The translations under genes were made by a program, and so were the position numbers. DNA of 64,000 nt, from positions 522 through 64,521 of the forward strand of contig CAYLUP010000002.1 in NCBI GenBank assembly GCA_964386905.1. Direction: 5' to 3'. Shown piece after piece: positions 1-8,598 of this stretch. The notes beneath the pieces were generated by a model. It saw nothing but the letters and a program-made list of their open reading frames with translations, was not told where the DNA came from and ran no database searches. Each line of letters starts with the position of its first letter. The first letter of the stretch is position 1. The DNA comes from an uncultured Candidatus Saccharibacteria bacterium. Its GTDB lineage: Bacteria; Patescibacteriota; Minisyncoccia; Phycocordibacterales; UBA6899.

Positions 1-141
1 AAATGTTGCATATTTATTGTCACGGCAGACTATGTCTTGGAAGTATTTTCACGTTGTTGAGCAGTGAGCAGTGAGGAGTGAGGCAGTTGAAGGTGGACGT
101 TTGACACATGATTAATAATGGGTATATAATCATTACGAATT

Positions 142-690
142 ATGCCGTCATCAATAGAAAATAAGAAGTGCGCACCTTTATCTTGTATTATTAAAGAGGG
201 GCACCCCACCTTGAGGAAGATTGCAGAGGAAGTTTCTCTCTCGATACTTCATACTCATGATTTTAAAAAGATATTACAGGGATTGAGTGTTGCTATGCGC
301 ACGAGAGATGATAGTGCTGCGATAGCAGCCCCGCAAATTGATGTTTCGATGCGCATTTTTGCTATATCAAGAAACATAAGAAAATTTATCCAGCAATACC
401 ATCCGGAATTAGTGTTTTGTAAAAAAGGAGATATGTATTTTATTAATCCTCAGATACTGTGGATTTCAAAAGAGAAGACATTCGCAACAGAGGCTTGCCT
501 CTCTGTAGATAATGTACAAGGAGAGGTGGGGCGCGCGACCTTTGTAAAAATTGAAGCGCATGATCAATTAGGGAGAAAAATGATTTTAAAAACTCACGGG
601 ATGCTGGCGAGAATATTCCAACACGAGATTGATCATCTAGACGGTATTCTCTTTGTCGACAAAGCTTCAAATATTAGACCAATTCAATAA
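142..690 (+). CDS. def: Peptide deformylase
   Basis: 182 aa; conserved PDF motifs EACLS (motif II-like) and QHEIDHLDG (metal-binding HExxH motif III). Confidence 0.85.
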   Translation: MPSSIENKKCAPLSCIIKEGHPTLRKIAEEVSLSILHTHDFKKILQGLSVAMRTRDDSAAIAAPQIDVSMRIFAISRNIRKFIQQYHPELVFCKKGDMYFINPQILWISKEKTFATEACLSVDNVQGEVGRATFVKIEAHDQLGRKMILKTHGMLARIFQHEIDHLDGILFVDKASNIRPIQ

Positions 691-694
691 ATAT

Positions 695-979
695 ATGCCA
701 CGACCACCACTTTGTTTCTGTGAAAATATTCACTTTAAGCCAGAAGTAACATATTTTAAACCACAAGGCGTTGCAATCTCAGGGCTAGAAATTATCAGTC
801 TGTCACTAGAAGAGGTTGAGGCATACCGTCTACGCCATCTTCAAGGGCTCGAGCAGCGAGAGGCTGCAGAGAGGATGCACGCAAGCACTAGTACATATCA
901 GCGCATCCTTAACTCTGCATACTCAAAAATTGCTGATTTCATTATTAATGGAAAGGCACTCCAAATAACAAAACATTAA
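695..979 (+). CDS. DUF134/UPF0251-family predicted DNA-binding protein (sigma-70 region-4-like)
   Basis: Internal Met followed by MPRPP...F..P N-terminus typical of DUF134; short HTH-like C-terminus; the upstream part of the ORF overlaps the def stop. Confidence 0.5.
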   Translation: MPRPPLCFCENIHFKPEVTYFKPQGVAISGLEIISLSLEEVEAYRLRHLQGLEQREAAERMHASTSTYQRILNSAYSKIADFIINGKALQITKH

Positions 980-981
980 AT

Positions 982-1722
982 ATGCACCCACTTTTAAGTA
1001 TTATACTTCTGTCGTCATCTATTACAGTATGCGTATTTGTTGGAGCGTTATTCCTATTGGCGAGCAAAGAAAAAATAGACAGAATACTCATTCTTCTTGT
1101 TTCCCTTTCTGCGGGGACACTCATTGGTGGAGCTGCATTGCACTTATTGCCAGAGGCTGCTGAAAAACTAGAGTCAGATGTTCTTTTCGAGGTGTTCCTT
1201 CTGTCTTTCACGTTATTTTTTTTCATCGAAAAGGTGTTGCATTGGAGGCATTGCCACAATCCATCTTGTTCTATCCATCCGTTTGGATATATGAACCTTA
1301 TCGGTGACAGCGTACATAATTTTATTGATGGATTACTTATTGCTGCGACGTTCGTCGCTAATCCTGGACTCGGCGTTGCAACGACAGTGGCTGTGGCGGT
1401 GCATGAAATTCCTCAGGAAATTGGTGATTTCGGTGTGTTGCTCTATGCTGGGTTTAAAAAGAAAGTTGCACTGGTGCTTAATTATGCGGTAGCACTCACA
1501 GTGGTCTTGGGAGGTGTCGTTGGGTATGTTACATTTCATTACATTGGGTGGATTATTCCGTATTTACTCCCATTTGCTGCAGGAGGATTCATCTATATTG
1601 CAGCATCAGACCTCATCCCCGAAATGAAGAAAGAAAGTAGTATAAAAAAATCAGCCTATACATTTGTAGTTTTTATTTTTGGAATTGGACTGATGTACGC
1701 GGTAAAATTTATTTCTCATTAA
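982..1722 (+). CDS. ZIP-family divalent metal (zinc) transporter
   Basis: 246 aa polytopic membrane protein; ZIP signature HNFIDGLLIAATF and HEIPQEIGDFGVLL. Confidence 0.75.
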   Translation: MHPLLSIILLSSSITVCVFVGALFLLASKEKIDRILILLVSLSAGTLIGGAALHLLPEAAEKLESDVLFEVFLLSFTLFFFIEKVLHWRHCHNPSCSIHPFGYMNLIGDSVHNFIDGLLIAATFVANPGLGVATTVAVAVHEIPQEIGDFGVLLYAGFKKKVALVLNYAVALTVVLGGVVGYVTFHYIGWIIPYLLPFAAGGFIYIAASDLIPEMKKESSIKKSAYTFVVFIFGIGLMYAVKFISH

Positions 1723-1732
1723 TTTCAAAATC

Positions 1733-2002
1733 ATGAAAGTATTAAAATTTGGCGCAATATGGTGTTCAGGTTGTGTTGTTATGAAGCCACGCTGGAAAGA
1801 AATTGAAGCAGAGTACCCGTGGCTCGAAACGAAATATTTTGAGTTTGATGAGGCCGCAGACATGGTGCAGAAATATGGCATTACTGACACGCTCCCCACC
1901 TTTGTATTCCTAGATAAAGGCGAAAAAGAAATTATGCGCCTGCAAGGAGAAGTGTCAAAGGCCGAAATAGTGACGTTGATTAATAAATATAAGGATCAGT
2001 AA
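1733..2002 (+). CDS. Small thioredoxin-fold protein (CxxC)
   Basis: 89 aa; WCSGC active-site motif near N-terminus; thioredoxin-like length and layout. Confidence 0.7.
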   Translation: MKVLKFGAIWCSGCVVMKPRWKEIEAEYPWLETKYFEFDEAADMVQKYGITDTLPTFVFLDKGEKEIMRLQGEVSKAEIVTLINKYKDQ

Positions 2003-2003
2003 T

Positions 2004-3308
2004 ATGAAGCGGGACATTCTATCTGCCCTGACTGTTATTTTTATTGGTTTGTTATTTAGCATGCCCACGGCACTTCTCGCTGCTCAGAATACAACTATTA
2101 ATCTCTTTTATGGTGATGGTTGTCCGCACTGCGCAAGAGCAAAAGTATTTCTTTCCTCTGAGACGATTACGTCAATCCCAGATGTCGTCGTGAAGGAATA
2201 TGAGGTATATGGAGACATGCAGAATGCAAAAATCCTATCAGAGATAGGGGAGTTGCTTAAGGTTCCTTCTGGGGGAGTACCCTTTTTCGTGGTAGGAAAT
2301 CGAGCTTTTGTTGGATTTTCCGAAACACTGACGCCAAAAGAACTACTTACTCAGATTGAATATTGCAAACAACACGGCTGCGAAGATGTGGTTCAAAAGC
2401 TCATAGAGAGCAAGAATTCGCACGGAAAGGTCGTGGTGCCAGCCGTTGAGGAAGTGAAAATTGAGCAGATGGAGAAAAAACACGTCGACGCGGGTAGCTT
2501 CGATGCAGCACCGTCGGTTGTAGCACCAGTGAGTTTAGGTCAAGCAGAAGAAGTGAGCACTTTACCGAGCGTTCCATTTATCGGGGACTTTGACATACGC
2601 TCCGCCTCACTCCCAATTATGGCTATCATTATCGGATTAATTGATGGATTTAATCCGTGCGCGATGTGGGTCTTGCTCTTTCTCATTTCACTCCTTATAG
2701 GGATGAATGATAAAAAACGTATGTGGATATTAGGTTCAGCATTTATAGGTGCTTCTGCTGCGGTATATTTTTTGTTTATGGTTGCATGGCTCAACGTAAT
2801 GCAGTTTTTATCTTTTGTTCCTTTTATCAAACCAGCAATTGGGACGGTAGCTGTTATTGGTGGTATGTATATGTTCACGACGCATATCCGTGCAAAGCAA
2901 AGTGGCTGTAGTATATCTGAGGGAAAGAAACATAAAGAGGTATTTCTGCGGATAAAAAATCTTGTCATGGAGCACAGATTTCCAATTGCTATCTTTGGGA
3001 TCATTATGCTCGCTTTTGCAGTGAATGTGGTTGAGCTTGTGTGCTCGGCTGGGTTGCCTGCAATGTATACGCAAGTTCTTTCAGCTAATAATATTTCTTC
3101 TTGGGAACGTTATGCTTATATTGCGCTATATGTGTTATTTTTTATGATTGATGATTTGATCATATTTGGGATAGCAATTGCAACCTTGCAAGTTACTGGA
3201 ATCACTACTAGATATACCCATGTGTCAAAGATGGTTGGTTCACTCGTCTTAATTGTGTTGGGCGCAATTCTGCTTGTAAAGCCAGGCTTGCTTATGTTTG
3301 CATCGTAG
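2004..3308 (+). CDS. Thioredoxin-fold domain fused to DsbD/CcdA-like membrane thiol-disulfide transporter domain
   Basis: N-terminal signal/TM then YGDGCPHCARAK (Trx/Grx CxxC); C-terminal polytopic domain with GLIDGFNPCAMWVLLFL resembling the DsbD/CcdA conserved Cys-containing TM motif. Confidence 0.6.
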   Translation: MKRDILSALTVIFIGLLFSMPTALLAAQNTTINLFYGDGCPHCARAKVFLSSETITSIPDVVVKEYEVYGDMQNAKILSEIGELLKVPSGGVPFFVVGNRAFVGFSETLTPKELLTQIEYCKQHGCEDVVQKLIESKNSHGKVVVPAVEEVKIEQMEKKHVDAGSFDAAPSVVAPVSLGQAEEVSTLPSVPFIGDFDIRSASLPIMAIIIGLIDGFNPCAMWVLLFLISLLIGMNDKKRMWILGSAFIGASAAVYFLFMVAWLNVMQFLSFVPFIKPAIGTVAVIGGMYMFTTHIRAKQSGCSISEGKKHKEVFLRIKNLVMEHRFPIAIFGIIMLAFAVNVVELVCSAGLPAMYTQVLSANNISSWERYAYIALYVLFFMIDDLIIFGIAIATLQVTGITTRYTHVSKMVGSLVLIVLGAILLVKPGLLMFAS

Positions 3309-3430
3309 CATGTGTGTAGAGGCTAGCTTGTTTTCGAGTGAAAGGAAGATCTACAGAGAAGAATTACCACAACTTCACGCAGAGATGAATCGTTTTGCAG
3401 CATTCCTTTCTCGGATGAAAAAGTGATTGT

Positions 3431-3459
3431 AAAACACGGAGCTATGCTCCGTGTTTTTT
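3431..3459 (+). terminator. Rho-independent terminator
   Basis: aaaacacggagctatgctccgtgtttttt: perfect GC-containing hairpin followed by a T-run. Confidence 0.6.
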
Positions 3460-3487
3460 CTTATTGCAAAATGCTCAATTACGTTTA

Positions 3488-3563
3488 GAACTGAAGGGGA
3501 ACTGAAGGGGAGAACTGAAGGGGACAGGCACATTCAAGAACTGAAGGGGACAGGCACATTCAA
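3488..3563 (+). repeat. Tandem direct repeats at the left end of the IS: two 26-bp units (gaactgaaggggacaggcacattcaa at 3512-3537 and 3538-3563) preceded by two shorter gaactgaagggg units
   Basis: Seen directly in sequence; the last unit contains the left inverted repeat of the IS. Confidence 0.8.
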
Positions 3564-4354
3564 TAGCAGATAGTTATGGTATAATTATATAGTATGCCTC
3601 GCTCTTCCCGTGTTGATGTTGGTGGCCACATCTATCATGTCATTAATCGTGCTGTTGGTCGCTTGCAAATATTTAATAGTCCAGAGGAATATCTGGACTT
3701 TTTGAATATGATCAGAGAAGTAAAAACATGGGTGGACGTTGATCTTCTTGCATATACCTGCATGCCCAATCATTGGCATATCGTCATGAGAACAAGAGAA
3801 GATGGAGATCTCTCGAAGTTCATGCATCGACTGACAAATATGCACACGCGTCACGTTCACTCAAAAACACATACTATCGGAACGGGCCCACTGTACCAGG
3901 GAAGGTACAAGTCTTTTCTTGTCTCTTCTGATGAGTATTTGTCTATCCTTCTCCGTTATGTAGAGAGAAATCCGGTCCGTGCTCGGATTGTCGACAGGGC
4001 AGAGGACTGGAGGTGGGGGAGCGCATGGGTTCGAACGAATGGAAATATTGAACAAAAGAAAATTCTATTACCACTGGAACTACTTGAGGACGAGATATAC
4101 TTCCCATCCAATATTGCTGCATATTTAGAGTGGGTCAATACGCCAGATGAAGACGAAATATTGAGACCAATACGAAATGCGGTAAAACGTGGAGTACCCT
4201 ATGGTCGCCCAGCATGGGTGAGTCAGATGGTAGCTCAGTATGGTCTGGAAAGCACTGTTCGGCTTCCAGGAGGGCAGATCGGTGTTCCAAAAACCAAGAT
4301 ATTTGATTAGAACACGAATTGCAGGGTGATGGCGGTGCCTGTCCCCCTCAGTTC
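3538..4354 (+). mobile_element. IS200/IS605-like insertion element (Y1 HUH transposase flanked by 20-bp inverted repeats)
   Basis: Left end GAACTGAAGGGGACAGGCAC (3538-3557) and right end GTGCCTGTCCCCCTCAGTTC (4334-4354) are inverse complements with one mismatch; they bracket the tnpA gene and its own -10 box (ggtataat at about 3575). Confidence 0.65.
3594..4310 (+). CDS. tnpA: IS200/IS605-family (Y1, HUH) transposase / REP-associated tyrosine transposase-like
   Basis: 238 aa; YHVINR motif; HUH motif HWHIV; catalytic Tyr context YQGRYKSF; matches Y1_Tnp/COG1943 architecture with a longer C-terminus. Confidence 0.8.
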   Translation: MPRSSRVDVGGHIYHVINRAVGRLQIFNSPEEYLDFLNMIREVKTWVDVDLLAYTCMPNHWHIVMRTREDGDLSKFMHRLTNMHTRHVHSKTHTIGTGPLYQGRYKSFLVSSDEYLSILLRYVERNPVRARIVDRAEDWRWGSAWVRTNGNIEQKKILLPLELLEDEIYFPSNIAAYLEWVNTPDEDEILRPIRNAVKRGVPYGRPAWVSQMVAQYGLESTVRLPGGQIGVPKTKIFD

Positions 4355-4504
4355 CTATTTATTTTTTGCATCCTGCTCGACAGGAGTCCTTTGTCACACT
4401 GTACAGGTATTCGGCATAGTTAAAATTTTTCCTTTGCTTGCATAATTCAATTTTTTCAGTAGTATTGCTCTTGGAATATTCTAAACAGAAGGGAGGTGAT
4501 ACAG

Positions 4505-4585
4505 ATGACGATCAAAGTGACGAAGCGTCGCAAAACGGGGCGGACCGGCAACTCGCTCGGCAAGACCCAGACCAGCAACTGCTAG
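4505..4585 (+). CDS. Small ORF, 26 aa (MTIKVTKRRKTGRTGNSLGKTQTSNC): candidate RiPP precursor / rSAM substrate peptide
   Basis: Strong SD aagggaggtga 7 nt upstream of ATG; Lys/Arg/Thr-rich with a C-terminal Cys; ends 63 nt upstream of the radical SAM/SPASM gene; not on the ORF track because it is below the size cutoff; replaces the overlapping 93-aa TTG-initiated track ORF 4438..4719. Confidence 0.4.
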   Translation: MTIKVTKRRKTGRTGNSLGKTQTSNC

Positions 4586-4648
4586 CTCACCCTGGTATGG
4601 CGGCGGAAGATCACTTCCGTCGCCTTTTCTTAAACATGAGGTGCATGT

Positions 4649-5875
4649 ATGATTTTTTCAAATCTTGTGGTAAAGGCCAAGGCAGACGATTATTTTCAGC
4701 TCATCAATATAACAAATGAGTCTGATGCTATTGTAGGAAGAGATGTGTTCGATTTGCTTGTTGCACTGTCTCAGAAAGCTACTTTGAAAGAGTGCTCTGT
4801 GCCAGAACAAAATTTGTTAGAGCTTCTCGGGGAAGAGCTTGAGATTTATATTCAAGATGGAGTTGAAGATCTCGTTATTCGGTCAGGAGCACTGACCAAC
4901 CTGGAGTTTTATATTACGAATGCCTGTAATTTGCGCTGCAAGCATTGTTATTTCTTCGCAAAAGGGAAGCACGAACGTGCACAATTTCTCGATCTCGAAG
5001 TCATGAAGCGTACGATTCTCCGTGCTGAGGAAATGGGCATGTACCGCATCAAGTTATGCGGGGGTGAACCCCTTTTCTATGACCGGATGGAGGAACTTAT
5101 CCATTTTTTGAACACAAGAAAGATTGGTGTCACTGTTATCTCTAACGGTCTTTTGCTTCATCGCTATGTGGGACTCTTCGATCCACTCAAGGTGTCATTT
5201 GTAATTAGTCTCGATGGATTCGCTCCAGCACATGATTATCTTCGAGGAGCTGGCACATTCGACCGTACGGTACAAAATATCAAAGATGCGCTTGCGCGCG
5301 GCTTCGATGTTTCGGTGAACATGGTCGTGTATGACCGCAATAAGGACGACGTTGAGGTATTTACAGACTTTGTCATTGGCATGGGCGTCCGAGTGCTTAA
5401 TGTTCAGGTTGTTCGTCCGAAAGGGATGGCCTCGGAACACCTTGAGACCGAACTCGTTGCTGATGAAGACTTCCTTCGCGACATACACCAGAATGAACTT
5501 GAAGACCAGGCTGCAAAGATTGCTTGCGGAGAACGGTTCTGCACTTCTTGTACAACCGGGCTTACTATTGACTTTGATGGAAGTGTCATCGGTTGCCCTT
5601 TCCTTGAGCAAGAAAGAATTGGGAATGTGATCCATGAGGATATTGAATCCATTTATCAGCGTAGTATTCGAGAGAATCCACTCCGATTCGTTCCTGAAAA
5701 GGCAGAGTGCCTGAGTTGCCCTTTGTTTGGTGAACTGTGCGCTGGGGGATGTCGGGCGCGTGCGCAGAAAGTGGTTGGGTCGATGTATGCATGCGATTAT
5801 TGGATTCCGTTCTTGTTGAATCATCCAAAATTTAAAGAAAGCCCTAGGCCAGCACAAGACTATCTCCTTATTTGA
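4649..5875 (+). CDS. Radical SAM enzyme with C-terminal SPASM domain and N-terminal RRE-like extension (peptide-modifying maturase candidate)
   Basis: 408 aa; CNLRCKHCYF (Cx3Cx2C) at about aa 95; GGEPL; C-terminal CTSCTTG...GCPF...CLSCPLFGELCAGGCRARA = 7-Cys SPASM pattern; about 90-aa N-terminal domain before the cluster, as in sactisynthases/PqqE-like enzymes. Confidence 0.8.
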   Translation: MIFSNLVVKAKADDYFQLINITNESDAIVGRDVFDLLVALSQKATLKECSVPEQNLLELLGEELEIYIQDGVEDLVIRSGALTNLEFYITNACNLRCKHCYFFAKGKHERAQFLDLEVMKRTILRAEEMGMYRIKLCGGEPLFYDRMEELIHFLNTRKIGVTVISNGLLLHRYVGLFDPLKVSFVISLDGFAPAHDYLRGAGTFDRTVQNIKDALARGFDVSVNMVVYDRNKDDVEVFTDFVIGMGVRVLNVQVVRPKGMASEHLETELVADEDFLRDIHQNELEDQAAKIACGERFCTSCTTGLTIDFDGSVIGCPFLEQERIGNVIHEDIESIYQRSIRENPLRFVPEKAECLSCPLFGELCAGGCRARAQKVVGSMYACDYWIPFLLNHPKFKESPRPAQDYLLI

Positions 5876-5888
5876 GTCACAGTACGAC

Positions 5889-5912
5889 CCGCCACTCCTG
5901 TGGCGGTTTTTT
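5889..5912 (+). terminator. Rho-independent terminator closing the peptide-rSAM unit
   Basis: ccgccactcctgtggcgg hairpin followed by tttttt, 14 nt after the rSAM stop. Confidence 0.65.
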
Positions 5913-5994
5913 AATGCATCTTCTTCTGGGGCGAGACAAGAAAATTAAGCCAATTATGTATGGCGTTATTATTGTATGGAAGTATAATGTTGAA

Positions 5995-6405
5995 ATGAAG
6001 ATTTTTATTATCTGCAGTAAGCGTTTTTATGATCGCATTCCAGGGGTTGCGACAGAGCTTGAAAAGAGTGGGCATATCCTTACAATGCCAAACTGTTATG
6101 ATGCTCCACAAACAGAAGATGAATATCGGAATCAGGGAAAAGAAGTCCATGCAATGTGGAAATCGGAAATGATTCGCCATAGTGTTGATGTTATCGAAAA
6201 AAATGATGCCGTACTTGTCCTCAATTTTGATAAAGGAGAGGAGAAAAACTATATTGGAGGAGCAACATTCCTGGAAATGTACGATGCGTTTCGTTTGGGA
6301 AAGAAAATCTATCTTTTGAATGATATTCCAGAAGGGATGTTGCGAGATGAAATTATTGGATTTAGTCCTATTGTTTTAGGTGGCGATTATTCTCTATTAT
6401 TATAA
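5995..6405 (+). CDS. Nucleoside 2-deoxyribosyltransferase-fold (NDT/Rossmann-like) protein
   Basis: About 136 aa from MKIFIICS; motif YIGGATFLEMYDAFRLGKKIYLLND aligns with the NDT catalytic-Glu region (EDVGLGMELGYALSQGKYVLL); the upstream in-frame extension of the track ORF (5872-5994) overlaps the terminator and is unlikely to be coding. Confidence 0.45.
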   Translation: MKIFIICSKRFYDRIPGVATELEKSGHILTMPNCYDAPQTEDEYRNQGKEVHAMWKSEMIRHSVDVIEKNDAVLVLNFDKGEEKNYIGGATFLEMYDAFRLGKKIYLLNDIPEGMLRDEIIGFSPIVLGGDYSLLL

Positions 6406-6549
6406 TTTCCTGCATTACGCATGTAGCGAAGTCGGAATTCGCAGATTCATCAAGCTATTGAGGTCTCTCTGCTGATATCCCAAGCATGAGTGTTTGGGCC
6501 ATCACAAAATGTAAAAATAGCATATACTAAAGATATCATATCATTCACT

Positions 6550-7098
6550 ATGAATACCCCAGAACAGACAAATATACCAAACGGAAATATCGACCCAATA
6601 GATCAGGCGACACACGAAGCACAGGTGGCTCTCGCGAGCGCGAATCCTGAATATGTAGAGACCATAGACCCTTTTGTAGGCGCAAAGCCAATTTCCCCTG
6701 AAGAGCGGGCGCGTATTGAGGAGAACATTGCCAAAGCAAAAAAAGATGCGGTGATTTTGGCGGAGGAGCTCCAGGGTCTTTATCGAAACCCCGACGGAAC
6801 CATTGCCCTTGCGGATCAGCCTGTCAATGCACAACCAACAGGGAATATTCAACCTTCTCGTAGTTTCAACAAACCGGGGCACGGTGCTCCTCTGCTTTCG
6901 GTTAACCCTCAATCACTTCCCATAAGAGAGGGGGACATGCAGCGAGGAAGGTTGCTGAGAATGGAGAGTGGGGCGCTCCGAGAGGTCCATTGCCAGCACG
7001 GACTGACCCTAAGCCTCAAAGTTGGTTCGGTCGTTGGTTTGGAAAGTAAAGAGCGTAACCTCTTTACTTTTTTTGAGCCGGTGCTAGTTTTTGCGTAG
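6550..7098 (+). CDS. Hypothetical protein (GC-rich island)
   Basis: 182 aa from MNTPEQ; no recognisable domain; compositionally distinct from the flanks. Confidence 0.4.
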   Translation: MNTPEQTNIPNGNIDPIDQATHEAQVALASANPEYVETIDPFVGAKPISPEERARIEENIAKAKKDAVILAEELQGLYRNPDGTIALADQPVNAQPTGNIQPSRSFNKPGHGAPLLSVNPQSLPIREGDMQRGRLLRMESGALREVHCQHGLTLSLKVGSVVGLESKERNLFTFFEPVLVFA

Positions 7099-7113
7099 AC
7101 AAAGGAGGGCAAA

Positions 7114-7683
7114 ATGCGAACGGCAACTTTATTAAGTACTGCCGGTCATATTGATATAACCACAAGCATTCGTGCAGAAATCAACTCTCAGGCTTGTGTG
7201 ATGAGGTTGTTCTCGCGAGGTGCGCAGGAGTTATCAATGCGTTACTACCCCAATCGCCCACCCCAGGTTGGCGATGGCGTTGACGGCGACGGTGGGCCTT
7301 GCCGATATCTCGCACGACTCTCTCTGGTCGAGGGTTCGCCGGGAATCTTTTACGCAGTGGAAGAGGTTTCCTCGCCCGGAGAGCTTCTCCTCTTTGTAAA
7401 CACGATCGACTCGCTTCGTGGCAGTCGTCGTGGCGTGTGCATCTTTCCGAAGGACAATCGTCCACCGTTGCCTCATTCCACAAGTAACGCAGCTGGATTC
7501 ATGGGTTGGTATGGCCTCGTGCTGTTGCGGCCAAATGAGGAGTGTTTGGTGCACACATCCGCTGGGCGGGCCACTGTCATTGCCTGTAGAGAGGGTAGCA
7601 CGCTGGAAAGTTATGATTGTCGCCCACATCAAATCAGGGCACTGCAAGACGAATTGAACGGAGCCGCTCGATTGGCACATTGA
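7114..7683 (+). CDS. Hypothetical protein (GC-rich island)
   Basis: 189 aa; strong SD aaggaggg before ATG; terminator follows; no recognisable domain. Confidence 0.5.
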   Translation: MRTATLLSTAGHIDITTSIRAEINSQACVMRLFSRGAQELSMRYYPNRPPQVGDGVDGDGGPCRYLARLSLVEGSPGIFYAVEEVSSPGELLLFVNTIDSLRGSRRGVCIFPKDNRPPLPHSTSNAAGFMGWYGLVLLRPNEECLVHTSAGRATVIACREGSTLESYDCRPHQIRALQDELNGAARLAH

Positions 7684-7703
7684 TTGTCATTTTTGTTTGC
7701 AAT

Positions 7704-7725
7704 GGCGCCTACTGGGCGCCTTTTG
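7704..7725 (+). terminator. Rho-independent terminator
   Basis: ggcgcctactgggcgcc hairpin followed by ttttg. Confidence 0.65.
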
Positions 7726-7874
7726 ATTCTTCAAAGGCTGAAATACTATTTCATCATTACTGACATCTGCAGCGTCGCGATCGAAGACATTTGTGTATTG
7801 CACAGGCATTGACAAAACAGTATGGCATGGCAATATGAACTCGAACCATTTGGTTCTTTGCCAGAGGAGGCGTT

Positions 7875-8393
7875 GTGAAGTACTGCCCTAATAGAGAGGT
7901 TATCTCACGCATCATGAGTCTTGCCGCAGTGGCTGACTCTGACCCAGACCGTGACTGGACGCGCGTCATGTTTTTGTCGTTCAAGCTCGAAGTCGTGGAG
8001 CCACGACTCCGACTCATCAAGCCCGATGAACGTGAAAAGATCACGCTCGCCCTGCTCAAGCATGGGCTTGATGTGGGGATGAACTTTGACACCGATGATG
8101 TGCGTGAGCACGCACGGAGCGAAAACCTCATCCTTCTCGGGCCTGAGGAGTTGCTCTACTACGTCGACCACCCGTCGGAGATTCCTGCAGAGTGGAATGA
8201 ATTCATCTACTTTGCCGGAGTGCGAATTTCGGCTGTGGACGGAGAAGACTGTCTCGAGCTCGTCCCGTTTTTGCGCTATGACTACCAGGATCGTCGGTGG
8301 GTCATCGGTGTACACAACCTCGCCGAAGAGCACAACGTTGCCGGCGTCACCTCGATCGTCGGACACTTCGCTTGTGCACTGCGCAAGCGTTAA
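7875..8393 (+). CDS. Hypothetical protein (GC-rich island)
   Basis: 172 aa; GTG start 5 nt after SD gaggagg; terminator cccacc...ggtggg+T5 at about 8405-8440 supports + strand over the antisense 153-aa ORF. Confidence 0.5.
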   Translation: MKYCPNREVISRIMSLAAVADSDPDRDWTRVMFLSFKLEVVEPRLRLIKPDEREKITLALLKHGLDVGMNFDTDDVREHARSENLILLGPEELLYYVDHPSEIPAEWNEFIYFAGVRISAVDGEDCLELVPFLRYDYQDRRWVIGVHNLAEEHNVAGVTSIVGHFACALRKR

Positions 8394-8598
8394 TCAATTC
8401 CAGACCCACCACGGAAAGCCTTCCGCTTGGTGGGTTTTTGTTTGCGAGCGGTCCCATACGTGTTTGTGGTAAAATAATGGGTTCAGGCCCCAATATTTCT
8501 TTTTTGCTTGGGGGGAGTTGGATTTTACTTGCGATTATGCCTGTGCTAGTATCTGTTCAGAATTGGCACGTTGCCTATTCATCAGCGAGGAGATGGTT

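Noticed and set aside
3488-3563. Tandem direct repeats, considered as a possible CRISPR array
   Set aside because: Only 2-4 units with no unique spacers; the units are the IS end sequence duplicated in tandem.
4438-4719. 93-aa TTG-initiated track ORF overlapping the small peptide ORF and the rSAM start
   Set aside because: Low-complexity D/Q/R-rich translation, overlaps two better-supported features, and reads through the rSAM RBS; the 26-aa ORF with a canonical SD is preferred.
5195-5857. 220-aa antisense ORF inside the radical SAM gene (similar antisense ORFs occur inside secA, pheT, gyrB and the giant surface gene)
   Set aside because: Fully embedded opposite well-supported conserved CDSs; no independent signals.
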